A stretch of 64,000 bases of DNA from Guillardia theta CCMP2712 (Eukaryota; Protista; Cryptophyta). The notes beneath the pieces are model-generated. The model was not told where the DNA came from. It saw nothing but the letters and a program-made list of their open reading frames with translations, and ran no database searches. Location: contig NW_005434649.1 in the NCBI RefSeq assembly GCF_000315625.1, positions 62,001 through 126,000 of the forward strand, read 5' to 3'. Below are positions 1-11,608 of this stretch, one piece after another (position 1 is the stretch's first letter; each line of letters begins with the position of its first letter). A program made the translations under genes and the position numbers.

Positions 1-516
1 GCTGTATCTATCGACTCTGTGTCGTCTTTGTTGATGGTGAACTTGAACTTTGCCTGCCGTGACGATCCTTCAAACACTTTGCCCCGAACAACAAATTAGC
101 ATGTGAGGTCAGTAACCTGGAGGATTGGCTCTAGGATGTTGAGTAGATCTACGGTCAACCCCTGAAATGTTCCTTGATACATCTGTTATGACTTGCACTG
201 TACGGGAGTGCAGTATGACTTACCTTGCGCTGGATCATACATCACAAAAGGCGGACAATGATATGTTGACTGAAATGAGATCATCGTTACTCTCAACGTC
301 TTAGAATTGTGGGGTATGTACCACTATGAATGTTCGATTTCCGAAACCCTCGTCCATTGTTGTGAAAGTTGATTTGTTGCACGCTGTCTGATTGCGACTT
401 CCATGAGCAAAGAAACGAGCATTCACGTGGACAAATACGTTGGTTGTCGAGTCATTCAAAGTTTGATTTACTAAGCTTGAATTGTTTTGTTCAGCGCTCG
501 TGTTAGTCTGAATCAA
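1..516 (-). CDS. Ionotropic glutamate receptor-like / type-2 periplasmic-binding-domain protein, partial (runs off the left edge; 5' end unresolved)
   Basis: Splicing through three short GT-AG introns gives RTFIV|STYHCPPFVMYDPAQ.|.YQGTFQGLTVDLLNILEPILQ|AKFKFTINKDD. This matches the S1 ligand-binding segment pattern (IVTT...PPFVM...G..VDLL..L...L.F.F.I). The upstream segment has several N-x-S/T sequons (NQT, NDS, NKS, NRT). Confidence 0.7.
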
Positions 517-1909
517 ACGAGTGTCATTTCAGAGCATACAATTCAAAACTCAACGCACATCTGCAACCGAGCTTGGAACAGAACCTACAAGACAAGTCGC
601 GATGACCAGAAGCGTGGTTGTGCAGAGTTTGACCATTGCAACAGGAAGTGCTTAGGGAAGCCGTCTGCTTTGATACTAGTCAGTCGGGTATCAACCTGTC
701 ATCGTTCACCTGAATCGTAAATAATGAAGTTTGCTCGTGGTTTACATTCGCAGACGAGAACTTGAGTCTAAAAGAAACCTTCGCAGTCAACACAACCTGA
801 TCAGGTCGCACTTGAAATCGTTTCTGCATTCTTGTCTCCATCGTATTCTCGTATCTACATCATTCAGCCCCCCCCTCCCCCCCCATTCCGAATGTTCCAC
901 TTGACAAGTCTTGTCCCCTACCTTTCATTCTCCCATCCTTCTTTTTGCACACCTATATTCACTGACCGTTTTTCAGTCTTTGTTAAGTGTCGTCGCCGTG
1001 ATTCTATCACCGTCTCTGCCTCTGTTCATGTCCCAGCCCCTGCCACTGTCTCCGTCCATGCCCCATGCCCCTGCTTCAGTCTCTGTTGATCCCACTTCCC
1101 TTCCTCTCGTATCCTGTTTTCCTCTCCTCCCCCTCTTCCTCCCTCCCTATCCTATCTTCTCTCTCCTCTCCCTCTCTGCCTCTTCCTCTCATCTTCTTGC
1201 CTCCTGCATGATGTTTCGTCTCATGCCCACAGTCATTTTTTGACCCGAAACTTTTTCCACATTTATCCCAACCACCCTTCGTACCCATTTTACACACAGA
1301 TTTTGCACTTCACTAACCCCAGATATACACCTATGAAGCACCGGTGTAAAAACCACCCCACCCTCGATTTCAAGAACAATATGACAGAAGGTCAAATGCT
1401 GGGTCAAATGCGGATGGTTTGTTTTTTAGTCAATAAGGGTTTTTTTTATTCGTAAAATAGTTTGTGTAAAAGGAAAAAAATAAATGTCAAAAGCCTTCAG
1501 GGTACCATGTCGAGCGAGCATGAAAGGTGAGACGAGAGGAGAAGGAGAAGAGGAGGAAGAGGAAGACGAGAGGAGAAGGAGAAGACGAGGAAGAGGAAGA
1601 CGATAAGGAAGGGAGATCGAGGCGAAGAAGTGGGGAGACAGAGACAGAGAAAGAGAAAGAGACAGAGACAGAGAGCAGTGAAAGGAAAGCGTCTAGCTTA
1701 ACTCCCATGATCCTCTGCATATTATAGCTGGGGATCATCATCCTGGAGATTCTGAAATTTGCTCCTAGCGATTATGATGATGACGCCGACGTCTATCAAG
1801 ACCCGAACCATCCCGAAGAAGCTGGGACTTCCATGGCTCAACAGGAGCATGCAGACATGTGCGGATGAGTTGGCAGCTGTTGGATAACATTTCCTGATGT
1901 TTTCTCATC

Positions 1910-4900
1910 AGTGAATGGGTAGAAAGATTTGAAAGCGATTTGAAATCAAAGGGCTCGAACAACTCGTACGAGTATGAAGGGAAAGGGAGTGAATCACAAG
2001 TTGTAGGTAAGTTGAAAGTCAATCATGGCTGTCGTTGATCACCGCGTCAGAAATATTAAGGTCGATCAAAGAATCCTCCAGTCACGAAGATAAATCCATA
2101 TGGTTCAAGAGATTCAGTCGAGATCTGAACGTCTTCCTGGAAAACTTGAAAGGACTGAGCAGAAAATTTGCAGAGAAGATCGCCTGGAACAACGGCATTG
2201 AAGTTCTACTCAGCGCGCTTGAAGCAAGATTCGCATCAATCAACGAGTCTCCAGTGCAAGCAGAAGTCTGTTTGACCCTGTTGAAATGTCTGAGGGAGCT
2301 CTTAATTGCTGTAGACCTCAAGGAAACATCGTTCGACCCCTATACAAAAGCGAGGAGCAAGGCTCTTAGGAAGCTGGTGGCTAAAAGCAGGTGTCTGAAA
2401 GTTCTAGAAGACCTGCTGGAATCCAGCAAGCATGACAGGATTGTACTTGAAGTTCTTCATATCGCTCACATCTTCATGCCAGCTGCTGAGCAGCTGGCCA
2501 GGGAGGAAGACGATCACATACCGAAGTACGAGGCTGGTGTCAAAGGACAGGAAAGATTTCAGCTCCGAATGCGAATGTTCTCGAGCTGTCTTCGATTTAT
2601 CAAGGAAAATATACATCGGATACGGAGCGATCTAGAGTCGAACTGCCTTCAATCAGCTTTCACGTTAATGCACACTATCATGTCGACAGAACAGAATGTG
2701 GCAACAGGCCTTAATTCCTCCCCTGCCATGCAAACTAAAATGTTGGAACGAACAAACTCGTTCCAGTTTCTGTTGGCTAAGCGAGAAAACTTTCAAGTTC
2801 TGATGCAGGTCTTCCAATGCATGCAAATGGTGCTGGAGGTCAAAGGACGGGATAATCAGAACCATCAGGCCTGTGACAACGTCAGGAATGTGACGGTCAA
2901 AGCTCTAGCGCTGCTGATGCTCAGCCTTGAAACATCGGAGGAGATGACGGCGATGGTGGGGAGAAGCTCGAGATCGGCTCTGACTCCCCTTGTTGGCCTG
3001 TTCCTGCAGGATCAGGATCGACAAGTTTGCCTGTATTCGGTAGGGACCCTCAAGGCCATGTGCAACGACCCCCTCCTCCTCCAGGCTGTCTTGGCTCAGT
3101 GGCTGGGTGAGAATGGTATTCGAGATGGACTGCTCCGACTGCTTCCTCCAGCTGCTCCTCGTCACTTGAGCGGCTTGTGGGCCGTTGAGTTGCTAGGGAT
3201 CCTGTCGCTGAAATGCATGGAAGTACAACCTTGCAGTTACAACCCCATGAGTGATGGAACTTTGAGGTGATGTGAGATTGAAAGATGGTCTGACAATCAT
3301 CACATTGTATGTTCAATCGTCAAAAGGGATAGAGATAATTGATTGATGATGGTGATGATGGAGGTGGAGATGGTGGTGGTGATGGTAGTGGTGTTGGTGA
3401 TGATGATGATTGAGATGATGCTGGTGATTTTTGAGATGAGTGCTCGATTATGCCTCTGACGATAATTCTTAGTTCACTCCTTGAAGTTTTATCCGCCTCG
3501 TCAAACGAGGAGAGCGATGAAGATGATTTCAGCAGGATCGATTTCTATGAAGTGGTTTTCGGTGCCATCTGGAATATCTGCACTGCCTACGATCATGACT
3601 GCAAGTGCGAGACGAGAATGCATTTTTCATCCTTTTCTCGGTTTTGAGCTTGAAAACTTTGAAAGTCTGTGATCCCGTTCCTGTTCTTCTATGCTAGGTT
3701 TTACTTGGTCGTGATTCGTTTCGATTATTATCGGGCGTTCTGTGCATGTTTCTATCTCCCTCACTGAGTGTTGAAGGGTGTTATCATAGCTTTGACTTCA
3801 TATCTCAGTCATCCTGCATGTTTTGCTGATTTCCTCTGAGCTCACACTGTTACAGAGCTTCTTCAATGTGTCCTGACAGTCCTCACCGACGTGTTGGGCT
3901 CTCTCGACCAGCTCTCCGACTTCTCGTCCATGTTATCTCCACAAGTGTTCCAGCAACTACTCTGAGGCAAGTCAGTGTTGGGCTGTTGGACGCTGTCTGC
4001 AGGTGAGATTCAGGTGAGAACCTGGGGCAAGTAACAGACTGGCAGGTGCTCTTTGAATCTCCCAGCTCTGGACGAGCTCGATGCTCCTCTGGTTACCCTG
4101 CGGGTCTACTCTGACGATGGAGCACTAGACAAGTCCAGTGAAGCTTCTCCAGGTCCTGGATGACCCACACGCTGACATTCGAGACTTCGGCATTGCAGCG
4201 TTTGTTGGTGAGGTCAACGGAGCTGACGGGTGAAGTGATCAGGGTTGCCAGGCATGTCCAACGGGACCTTTTACCGCGTGCGAGGATCGGTCGAAATGAT
4301 CTCAAACAGCCTCGTCAGGTATGTCTTGCAGAGGTAGGACGGGAAGCGGGAGGTTGAAGGATGTTTACAGGTACTTTCGTCTCCTTGCGATCTGTTGCAT
4401 TGAACGACATGTCAAGTTCTGTCATGCCTGATGGGCAAACGCCAAAAGATTACCAGAAACTGCAAACAAGCGCTGCTAGTGTTGTGTTCGACGTCTCGGA
4501 ATACCCGAAAGCTGCAGATGTAACATGAGCGAACATGGTAGATGTCATTAATGCCATGTCAGATGTTGTGCAAAATGCAAGTGGTGCCAAACTTGGTGCA
4601 TTGCCTTGAGGTTTGTCTGTATTCTTCCGTCTCCTTCCTTATGAGCCAGCAGAACTCGCTAGACCCTGACTGTCGCATCGTATGCATGAGAACCATCGCA
4701 AGGTCACTTGACTCTTTGCTCATAACCCGGCTCAGATCATGTCAGGATCACGAGGCTCGCAGTCTCTGTGGACAGCATCATTGAGGTTTCATACTCCACT
4801 TCGTTACTGTCTTCCCCTCCTTCCCGTCCTCCCTCGGCATCCTCCTCCTGCTCCTCCTCCTGCTCTACTTGCTCACCTGACCTCAGGCCGGTGCCATCGA

Positions 4901-6037
4901 CCCGGTCAGCAAGATGCTTTTCATCTCATCCATTCAGGTGGATGCGATGCAAACGCTATCAGAGATTAGCTCGTGCTCCACGGTATCGCACTAGCTGCAC
5001 GAGCGCTGCTGAGATGACGAGCAGGACTTGGCCAGAAGATGTTGGACGAGCTGCAATGATGCTCTTGTGGAGAACATCTTCTCGTCGGATGAAGAAGACC
5101 GACTGTGCGCAGCTGCTGGTGAAGCATGGTTTGAATGCGATGGATACTCTGAAGAACAACTCGCAGTGTTGCTGCAGTCAATTACTTTGTGGGAAGATGT
5201 TGCTGCAGAAATCTTTGAGTGAGAGCTCATGTCAAGCATCCTCGTTATGACTGCTGTGCAAGGTTGTCATTCGGGGAAACGAATCTTCTTGAAATCATCT
5301 CGCGATTGTTTCTCAGGTCCGAATCCAAGAAGGTGGCATCTGAGGTGAGCGTTTCCCTTACCCCAGCTACTCTTCTTCTCTACTTGTCTCCAGTGCAGCT
5401 CGTGTCTGCACCAACACACTGATCTGCATCCAGTACTGTAAGATTTTCATCAACGTGTGGAAAATCCCCAAGGCACTGCAAGTCTTGCTAGAGGTTCTGT
5501 CCACTCTCGACCACCTTGGCCAGAGCGAGGGACCCAGTCTAGGTAACAAGAGGAAGAGAGATAACGAGTGGGAGGCAACACACGACAGAGCAAAGGCATG
5601 TTCCCCTCTCCCCCTTGAAACAAGTTGCAGATCGAGTTGTCATAGTTGCCAACGAGATGGAACGACTGATCTTGAAACTCTCTGACGCTCGCAAACTCAT
5701 CGCAGGTGATAGAGGAGGAGGAGGATAACCATCGCTCTTGTGACATCAGAATGTTTTTAATGTCATCTCACATTTCTATCTTGCATCAGAGAAACTCGGA
5801 GCCGAGCGGTTCAATGTCGACCTTCACTTGCACAAACTTGTGGAGGTCAGCAATCCAATCTTTGCCTTTTCTTAACATGCCTTGTCGTTTGTTTGCTTGA
5901 CATGTTCTGTCCTGTCTGTCTTTACCTGTTTCCCTTGCCTCGGTATCTTCTCCCTCATGCTCATCGTTCAGAGAGTTGCCTACATCACTTGGATGCGATC
6001 GTTTTTAGCACGCTGGAGATTTGCACCTTTGGATTGA
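1910..6037 (+). CDS. Large multi-exon ARM/HEAT-like alpha-helical repeat protein (5' end uncertain)
   Basis: 411-aa Leu-rich helical ORF 2035-3270 (e.g. LTPLVGLFLQDQDRQVCLYSVGTLKAMC). Further exons include VVFGAIWNIC and VVPNLVHCLE...CRIVCMRTIA, separated by short GT-AG introns. Probable stop at 6035-6037. Confidence 0.6.
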
Positions 6038-6178
6038 AATGAAGAATTGTAACTTGCTTTTATACCCCTAGCCTCATTGTCGTGCTCCGACTTCTCTGTC
6101 TCCTCCTCCTCCTCCTCCTCCTCCTCCTCTTGCGGAGGTTGCTATCTTGCACATGTCAAGTAAGATCAAGGAGTCTCC

Positions 6179-6581
6179 TCATCGCAGAGCTGAGACAAGG
6201 GAAGGCAGGTCCACCACAACCCCTGGCATGGTCAAGTCGCACATGTCCGCGAACTTCATCACGTTGTTCTCTCCGCTCGCTCGCAGGATGCAAGGATAGC
6301 TGGGAGGTTTCGCAACAAACTCTCCTCCTCCTCCCGCCTTCAACATGTGCGACCGGTCGGACGAGAAATTTTCTAGGTACTGCCGCGCTTCAACTACTCG
6401 GAAGCGAGGACGAAAGCTGCTGCGGATACTGGCCTGCGGTCGAAAGGCTCGCCTGATGTAGGCTTGCAAGGGAGAAGGAAATGGCAGGGTCGTGTCGAGA
6501 TCGTAGATGACAGGGCTTCTGTCCTGATACTTGACTGCACATATGACATGGTAATCCCATACCGCCAGCCCTTCCTGGTCA

Positions 6582-6616
<35 letters not shown>

Positions 6617-6859
6617 ATCTTCACCACTGCCATTGAAGCTCCCCGACAGCTCTCTATCATTGACCTCATCATACGCTCTTCCTCCTCCTCCCTGCCTCCA
6701 AACAGCAACAGTCTTGTTCTCATTTGATATCCAGATCGCCCATGCTTTCTCCACACTTTGGCTGAGAGGCGGTTGACAAAGTTGCTTGCAGAGAAGGTAA
6801 ACGTTCTCCTCGCAGTAGCAGGAGGTGTACTCGCAGCTCGATCGCCTCATCATCATCTC
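6179..6859 (-). CDS. NTAQ1: Protein N-terminal glutamine amidohydrolase (N-degron pathway), single exon
   Basis: Diagnostic motifs YTSCYCEENVY (catalytic Cys), VWDYHVI (His), YDLDTTLPFP (Asp), FSSDRSHM and PPSYPCI. Start taken at the MMMRR ATG. Confidence 0.95.
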
Positions 6860-8425
6860 CCCTATGCTCGTCGCAAGAATCAACTGCGCTGCCGCTCCTG
6901 GCATTCTCCATGCATTGCGCAGGCACTGGACCGGTCCATTTCTCTGACCACACGTAGGTAGGGTTGATAATCGTTACATACGTAACTGACATACCATTCA
7001 ATTGAAAGTACGGGTCATCTGGTTGACGGTACCCCATTACACCGGTACTGATAGACGTAGAAGTAGGGGTACACTTATAACCTTCAGGGGAAGGGTGGGG
7101 GTTGTAAATAGTCCGCCTCAGAAGGAGAGAGGAAGGAGTGGCCACCGAAGCCATGAGACAAGAGGCGAGAGGATCGGAGCAGCAGGAGCAGGAGAGCGGG
7201 AGCAGGAGCAAGCACGAGCAGGAGCAGGAGGAGACATGAAGCGAAGAAGGAGATGATCTACTGAGAGGAGATGAAGCAAGAAGATGAAGATGCTTGGACT
7301 GCCTATACATAGCAAGGGGAAGGGTCAGGTGACCCTGGGTGGCTGTTTAGCCGAGAGCAGGTGGATGAGAGAGAGAGGACCTGGACGAAGAATGTTTATT
7401 GTATCTGCTAGCATGGTTTGTTGTCTTTTCGAGGATTCTTGTGAAAGGGATCGGGGGATGTTACTTGTGTGGGAGTTAATGGAATATCCGGAGGGGAAGG
7501 TTACACATTAATGGGGCGCTATTTTCAGAATGAAATTATGGAAGGAGAGCAGAGTTTAAGAAGGGGTGAATAGGTGGTGGCTACATCTAGCAAAGTAGAT
7601 CAGTACAACTTGTGCTGCATGATTCGAACTTCTTCCTGTTGGTTGTCAGTAACTCGAAGTTTATTTTTACGTCGTCATTGAGCTGCACCTGTAATACCTG
7701 AGAACGCTTTGCGCTGATGGCGGGGAAGTTTGATCTATGATGGAGATACTTGAAGTCTGCATGACGATTGTGTGAGCTTCACGTACATTAGGGTGTGACT
7801 GAGGAGATTCCAACAAACATTCCTTGATCTAACTTGCTCTCCTCGCTGATATTTGAGATGTTTTCAGCAGGGCGTTGGAAGCTGCGAGTGAAGGGAGGCA
7901 AGGCATTCATATCAAGCCAAACATGGCGAGTTACAAGTGATCAACTGAGTTAAACCAGCTTCTTGGGGGGCTCAGAAACTTATCAAAATCGAACACGTAT
8001 CGTTGGGTATTCCGATTCTCTGCTGTGACCCGTCCAAACTTCATGCGCGAATAGGGTTCTGACTTGCGTTGTGCTCTCTATTGAAATGATAGATGCTGCA
8101 ACGTGGAGTCTAATTTTATTCAACATTGAGTAGGTCTTGCATCGGGCTTGCTGCTCGCATCAACAATCCATCAAATTTCAACTGTTTTGCACTGAAAAAA
8201 ATCTTGAAATGAGAATACACACCTCTGTTCTTCTCGGATCTTTCCTGTTCACCTCTTTCTTCTGTTCCTCGATGGTAAGGACAGCATGTAGTCTCTTTGC
8301 GTAACTAATGTTCTGGTTAGGGGTTAGTCGTCCTCCCTGGCGATCAGCTCAAAACGCCAAACTTAAGGCATAGGAGATTTCACACTGATTCGCCTTGCAC
8401 ATCTTGCCTGAAACAGCGCAAAAGC

Positions 8426-9577
8426 TTGACGTTGCCCAATCTTCGTTTGACTGGCGGCAGTGCAAGCAGCTCGCTCGATGTCGAATGGAATGCGCTCTTC
8501 GGCAGTTTGTTGGGAGGACTTTCCCTCTTCCTCTATAGCATGGCCAAGCTGAGCGACGGGATTCGAGGAGCGTGTGGTAGCAAGCTGAAGGATTTCCTTC
8601 ACGCCCTGTCGATCAATCGATTTGCTGGGTTCCTAACGGGTGTCTTCGCGTGCATGTTGACCAACAGCCTCAGCTGCATTGCGGTCATCTTGGTCAGCTT
8701 CGTCTCCGCAGACCTAATCGAAATGGAGCGATGCTTCGGCATCCTACTGGGCGCTTGCGTGGGGTCAACTTTCATATCGTATCTTGTGGTATTCAAGGTG
8801 GTCGACTATGGTCTCTTCTTGATCTTCTGGGGGTACTGCATCACTTTCTTCGGACATGCCATCAAGACCAAGCAGATCGGGGACGCAGTGTTCGGGCTCG
8901 GTCTCTTGTTCTACAGCATGGAGATCATGGGAAACGCGTTCAGCTTCGTCAAGACTCACGAGGGGTTTCTGCGACTCTTGTCGCGCATGTCGAATCCGTG
9001 GTTGGGGATGTTGGTGTCGACCCTCTTCACCGGCCTCATCCAGTCGTCGGGTGCTACCATGAGCATCCTCCTTCAGCTAGCGAGGCAGGGGATGCTGAAG
9101 ATGGACGCGTGTACTGGTCTCATGCTCGGAGCCAACGTGGGGACTTGTGTGACGGGACTTCTCGCAGCCATCGGCAAGAGCAGAGACGCGTTGAGACTGG
9201 CAGTCGCTCTCTTCCTCTTCCGACTCGTCTCGGCTCTCTTCATGCTGCCGTTTGTTCATCCCTTCAGTCGTCTCGTGTGCTACACTTGCAGCATCAGCCC
9301 ACATAGCTCGGCTCCCGGTGACGTCACCATCTTCCTGGCGTCTTCGCATACCATCTTCAACTTGGTGCTCTCTGTCTTCGTGCTGCCGTTCACCGACCAG
9401 TGGGCCCTCCTCATCCGCTGGCTCATCCCCGACAACTTTCGGGACGTGGACGGGTTGACGACGGTCAAGCTGGGAAAGGCGTCAAACAAGAAGAACCTGC
9501 ACGTCAAGAGGTCCAAGAGCCTCCCTACTGCCCCTCGCCCTGTCGCCTCCTCGCCCCAGACGCCGCCTGATGTATGA
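8426..9577 (+). CDS. Na+/phosphate cotransporter, SLC34/NptA/YjbB family (true start probably in a small upstream exon near 8271)
   Basis: LLGGLSLFLYSM N-terminal helix and two repeat halves (TNSLS...GACVGST and IQSSGAT...LGANVGTC). Also GLGLLFYSM and many hydrophobic helices. Confidence 0.9.
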   Translation: MTLPNLRLTGGSASSSLDVEWNALFGSLLGGLSLFLYSMAKLSDGIRGACGSKLKDFLHALSINRFAGFLTGVFACMLTNSLSCIAVILVSFVSADLIEMERCFGILLGACVGSTFISYLVVFKVVDYGLFLIFWGYCITFFGHAIKTKQIGDAVFGLGLLFYSMEIMGNAFSFVKTHEGFLRLLSRMSNPWLGMLVSTLFTGLIQSSGATMSILLQLARQGMLKMDACTGLMLGANVGTCVTGLLAAIGKSRDALRLAVALFLFRLVSALFMLPFVHPFSRLVCYTCSISPHSSAPGDVTIFLASSHTIFNLVLSVFVLPFTDQWALLIRWLIPDNFRDVDGLTTVKLGKASNKKNLHVKRSKSLPTAPRPVASSPQTPPDV

Positions 9578-9782
9578 GGGGATGAGAGGGAAAGATCAGG
9601 TGAAGGGGAGGCAGGGTCAAACTTTATGGCGTCGACTGAACAACAACATTCTTTTTCCCGTCTAAATTATGAAAAGTATAGCTGCTCTTCTCGATTCCTC
9701 TACCTTGTATTTACATCTACATGCCCAGCGCTGCCTGTCTCTTCATCTTGTTGGGTCCAGTGCTCTCAAGTCCAGATGCGCT

Positions 9783-11552
9783 TCAGTTGTACGTGTTTGC
9801 CGCGAAACAGTCTGACAAGAACTTGTCGACTTTGTCCGCCAGTTGTCCCTCCGCTGTCTTCGTCTTCAAATCCACGATCCGCACAATAACCTTGAGCCAA
9901 GTCATATAAAGACAATCCTCCTCCTCCTCCCCCCCCCCTTCTCCCTCCTCCTCCCTCTTTCCCCCCCCTCCTCCTACTACTCCCCACTCCGCTCCTCCTC
10001 CTCCTCCCCACTCCGCTCCTCCTCCTCCTCCTCCCCACTCCGCTCCTCCTCTCCTCGACAGACCTCAAGGAACTCATCGTACTCCAGCTCCCAGTCCCAG
10101 TCGTTCCACGTGCTGCCACCCCTGTCATCGCCTCCAGCCGACCAGACATCGTCCTCTTACCCGTCATCCCCCCCTGAGCTCGAGCCGGCCACCACCGAGT
10201 TTGCGGTTACGAAGCAGGAGGCAAGTTTGGATATGCCGAACTTGCTGTCCTGCTCACTCAGCGTCAGTCCTGCGCATCCGAAGCAGTGCTGCAGGGATAG
10301 AGGAAGAGCAGTACTGGGAGAGGGAGGGGAGCGCAGTGCTGCAGGGATAGAGGAAGAGCAGTCCTAGGAGAGGAAGTAGAGTGCAGTGCTGCAGGGATAG
10401 AGGAAGAGCAGTCCTAGGAGAGGAAGTAGAGTGCAGTGCTGCAGGGATAGAGGAAGAGCAGTCCTAGGAGAGGAAGTTGAGTGCAGTGCTGAGAGGAGGG
10501 AGGGGAGAGCAGTACTGAGAGAAAGGGAAGAGTCAAGTGGGAGGCAGCACGCACCATCTGCTGGGAATCCTTCATGAACTGATAGAGCTCCTTGAGATTC
10601 ATCGTCTCGTCCTTTCCGTCCTCAAGATCCTCAGTGTCTTCCTGCGAGTAGCTCAAGAAGACCCGCCGGATCTGCGCGCTCCTCTTCTTGAAAACTTTTT
10701 GAATCTCAGGGATAGAAGACATCTTCAGCAGGACAAGGTCAGGTTTCACAGAGCCATTCCCATCCACCTGTTGAGAATCTCTTGAAGGAATCCTGCAATG
10801 CTTCGTCATGTTGGTCAAGAAGATTTGGAGCTTCTTCGGAAGGTTATCCTGCGACTCGTTCAGAGCAGAGGACAAGCAAAGGAAAGAACGTGAAAGAAGA
10901 AGTGGAAAGGGCGAGAGAGCAAGGTCACCTTGCCAGGAATTTGTTCTCTTGAGATGCGAACTATACACTCTACAAACTTTCCAAGCTTGACGTTAAGAGA
11001 GTCAAGCGCTATTGACGGCTGAGAATGATTGTTCTGTGTAGGACTCATGCGAGAATCGTCTTCGTCGGACACGATCTCTGCCAACTTGGAGTCAAGTCAA
11101 GGGAGATGTCAAACCTGATTTACCTTGCTCAGGTCGAAGAGAAGTCAACATGATATGAGGTACTTTCACAAGCACCCTCTGCGAACATCTGTAGCGAATG
11201 AGCCAGACAACGATTGTTGAACAATGCTCGCCTGTTGTCTTTGCAAAAGATTTTCAATTCAGACAGTGAAATCTTATCCAGCGTCGTGACCTGATTTGAA
11301 ATTTGTGAATCAATGAACTCTAAACAATGGAAATTCTTTCACCTGATTGAGTGAGAGGGAAGCATAAGTGCGGAATGCATCCTTGATCAACATGCGATGT
11401 TTGTTGAGAAGTTCTATGACCTAGAAATCCATCAGTGTGTCTTTGGCCAACACATGAGTTTGCTTGGCAATGATCTTCAAGACGTTGAATGACCTCGTTG
11501 GGATATTTTCCCTGCAAACGAAGATTTTACAGGAAGCAATCGAAATGACAGC

Positions 11553-11608
<56 letters not shown>

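Noticed and set aside
6720-7310. 196-aa ORF overlapping the NTAQ1 start in another frame
   Set aside because: Made of low-complexity sequence plus promoter-like G/C-run motifs; no family motif.
10283-10490. Regularly spaced repeats resembling a CRISPR array
   Set aside because: Head-to-tail 50-bp units without unique spacers, inside a eukaryotic intron, with no cas genes.
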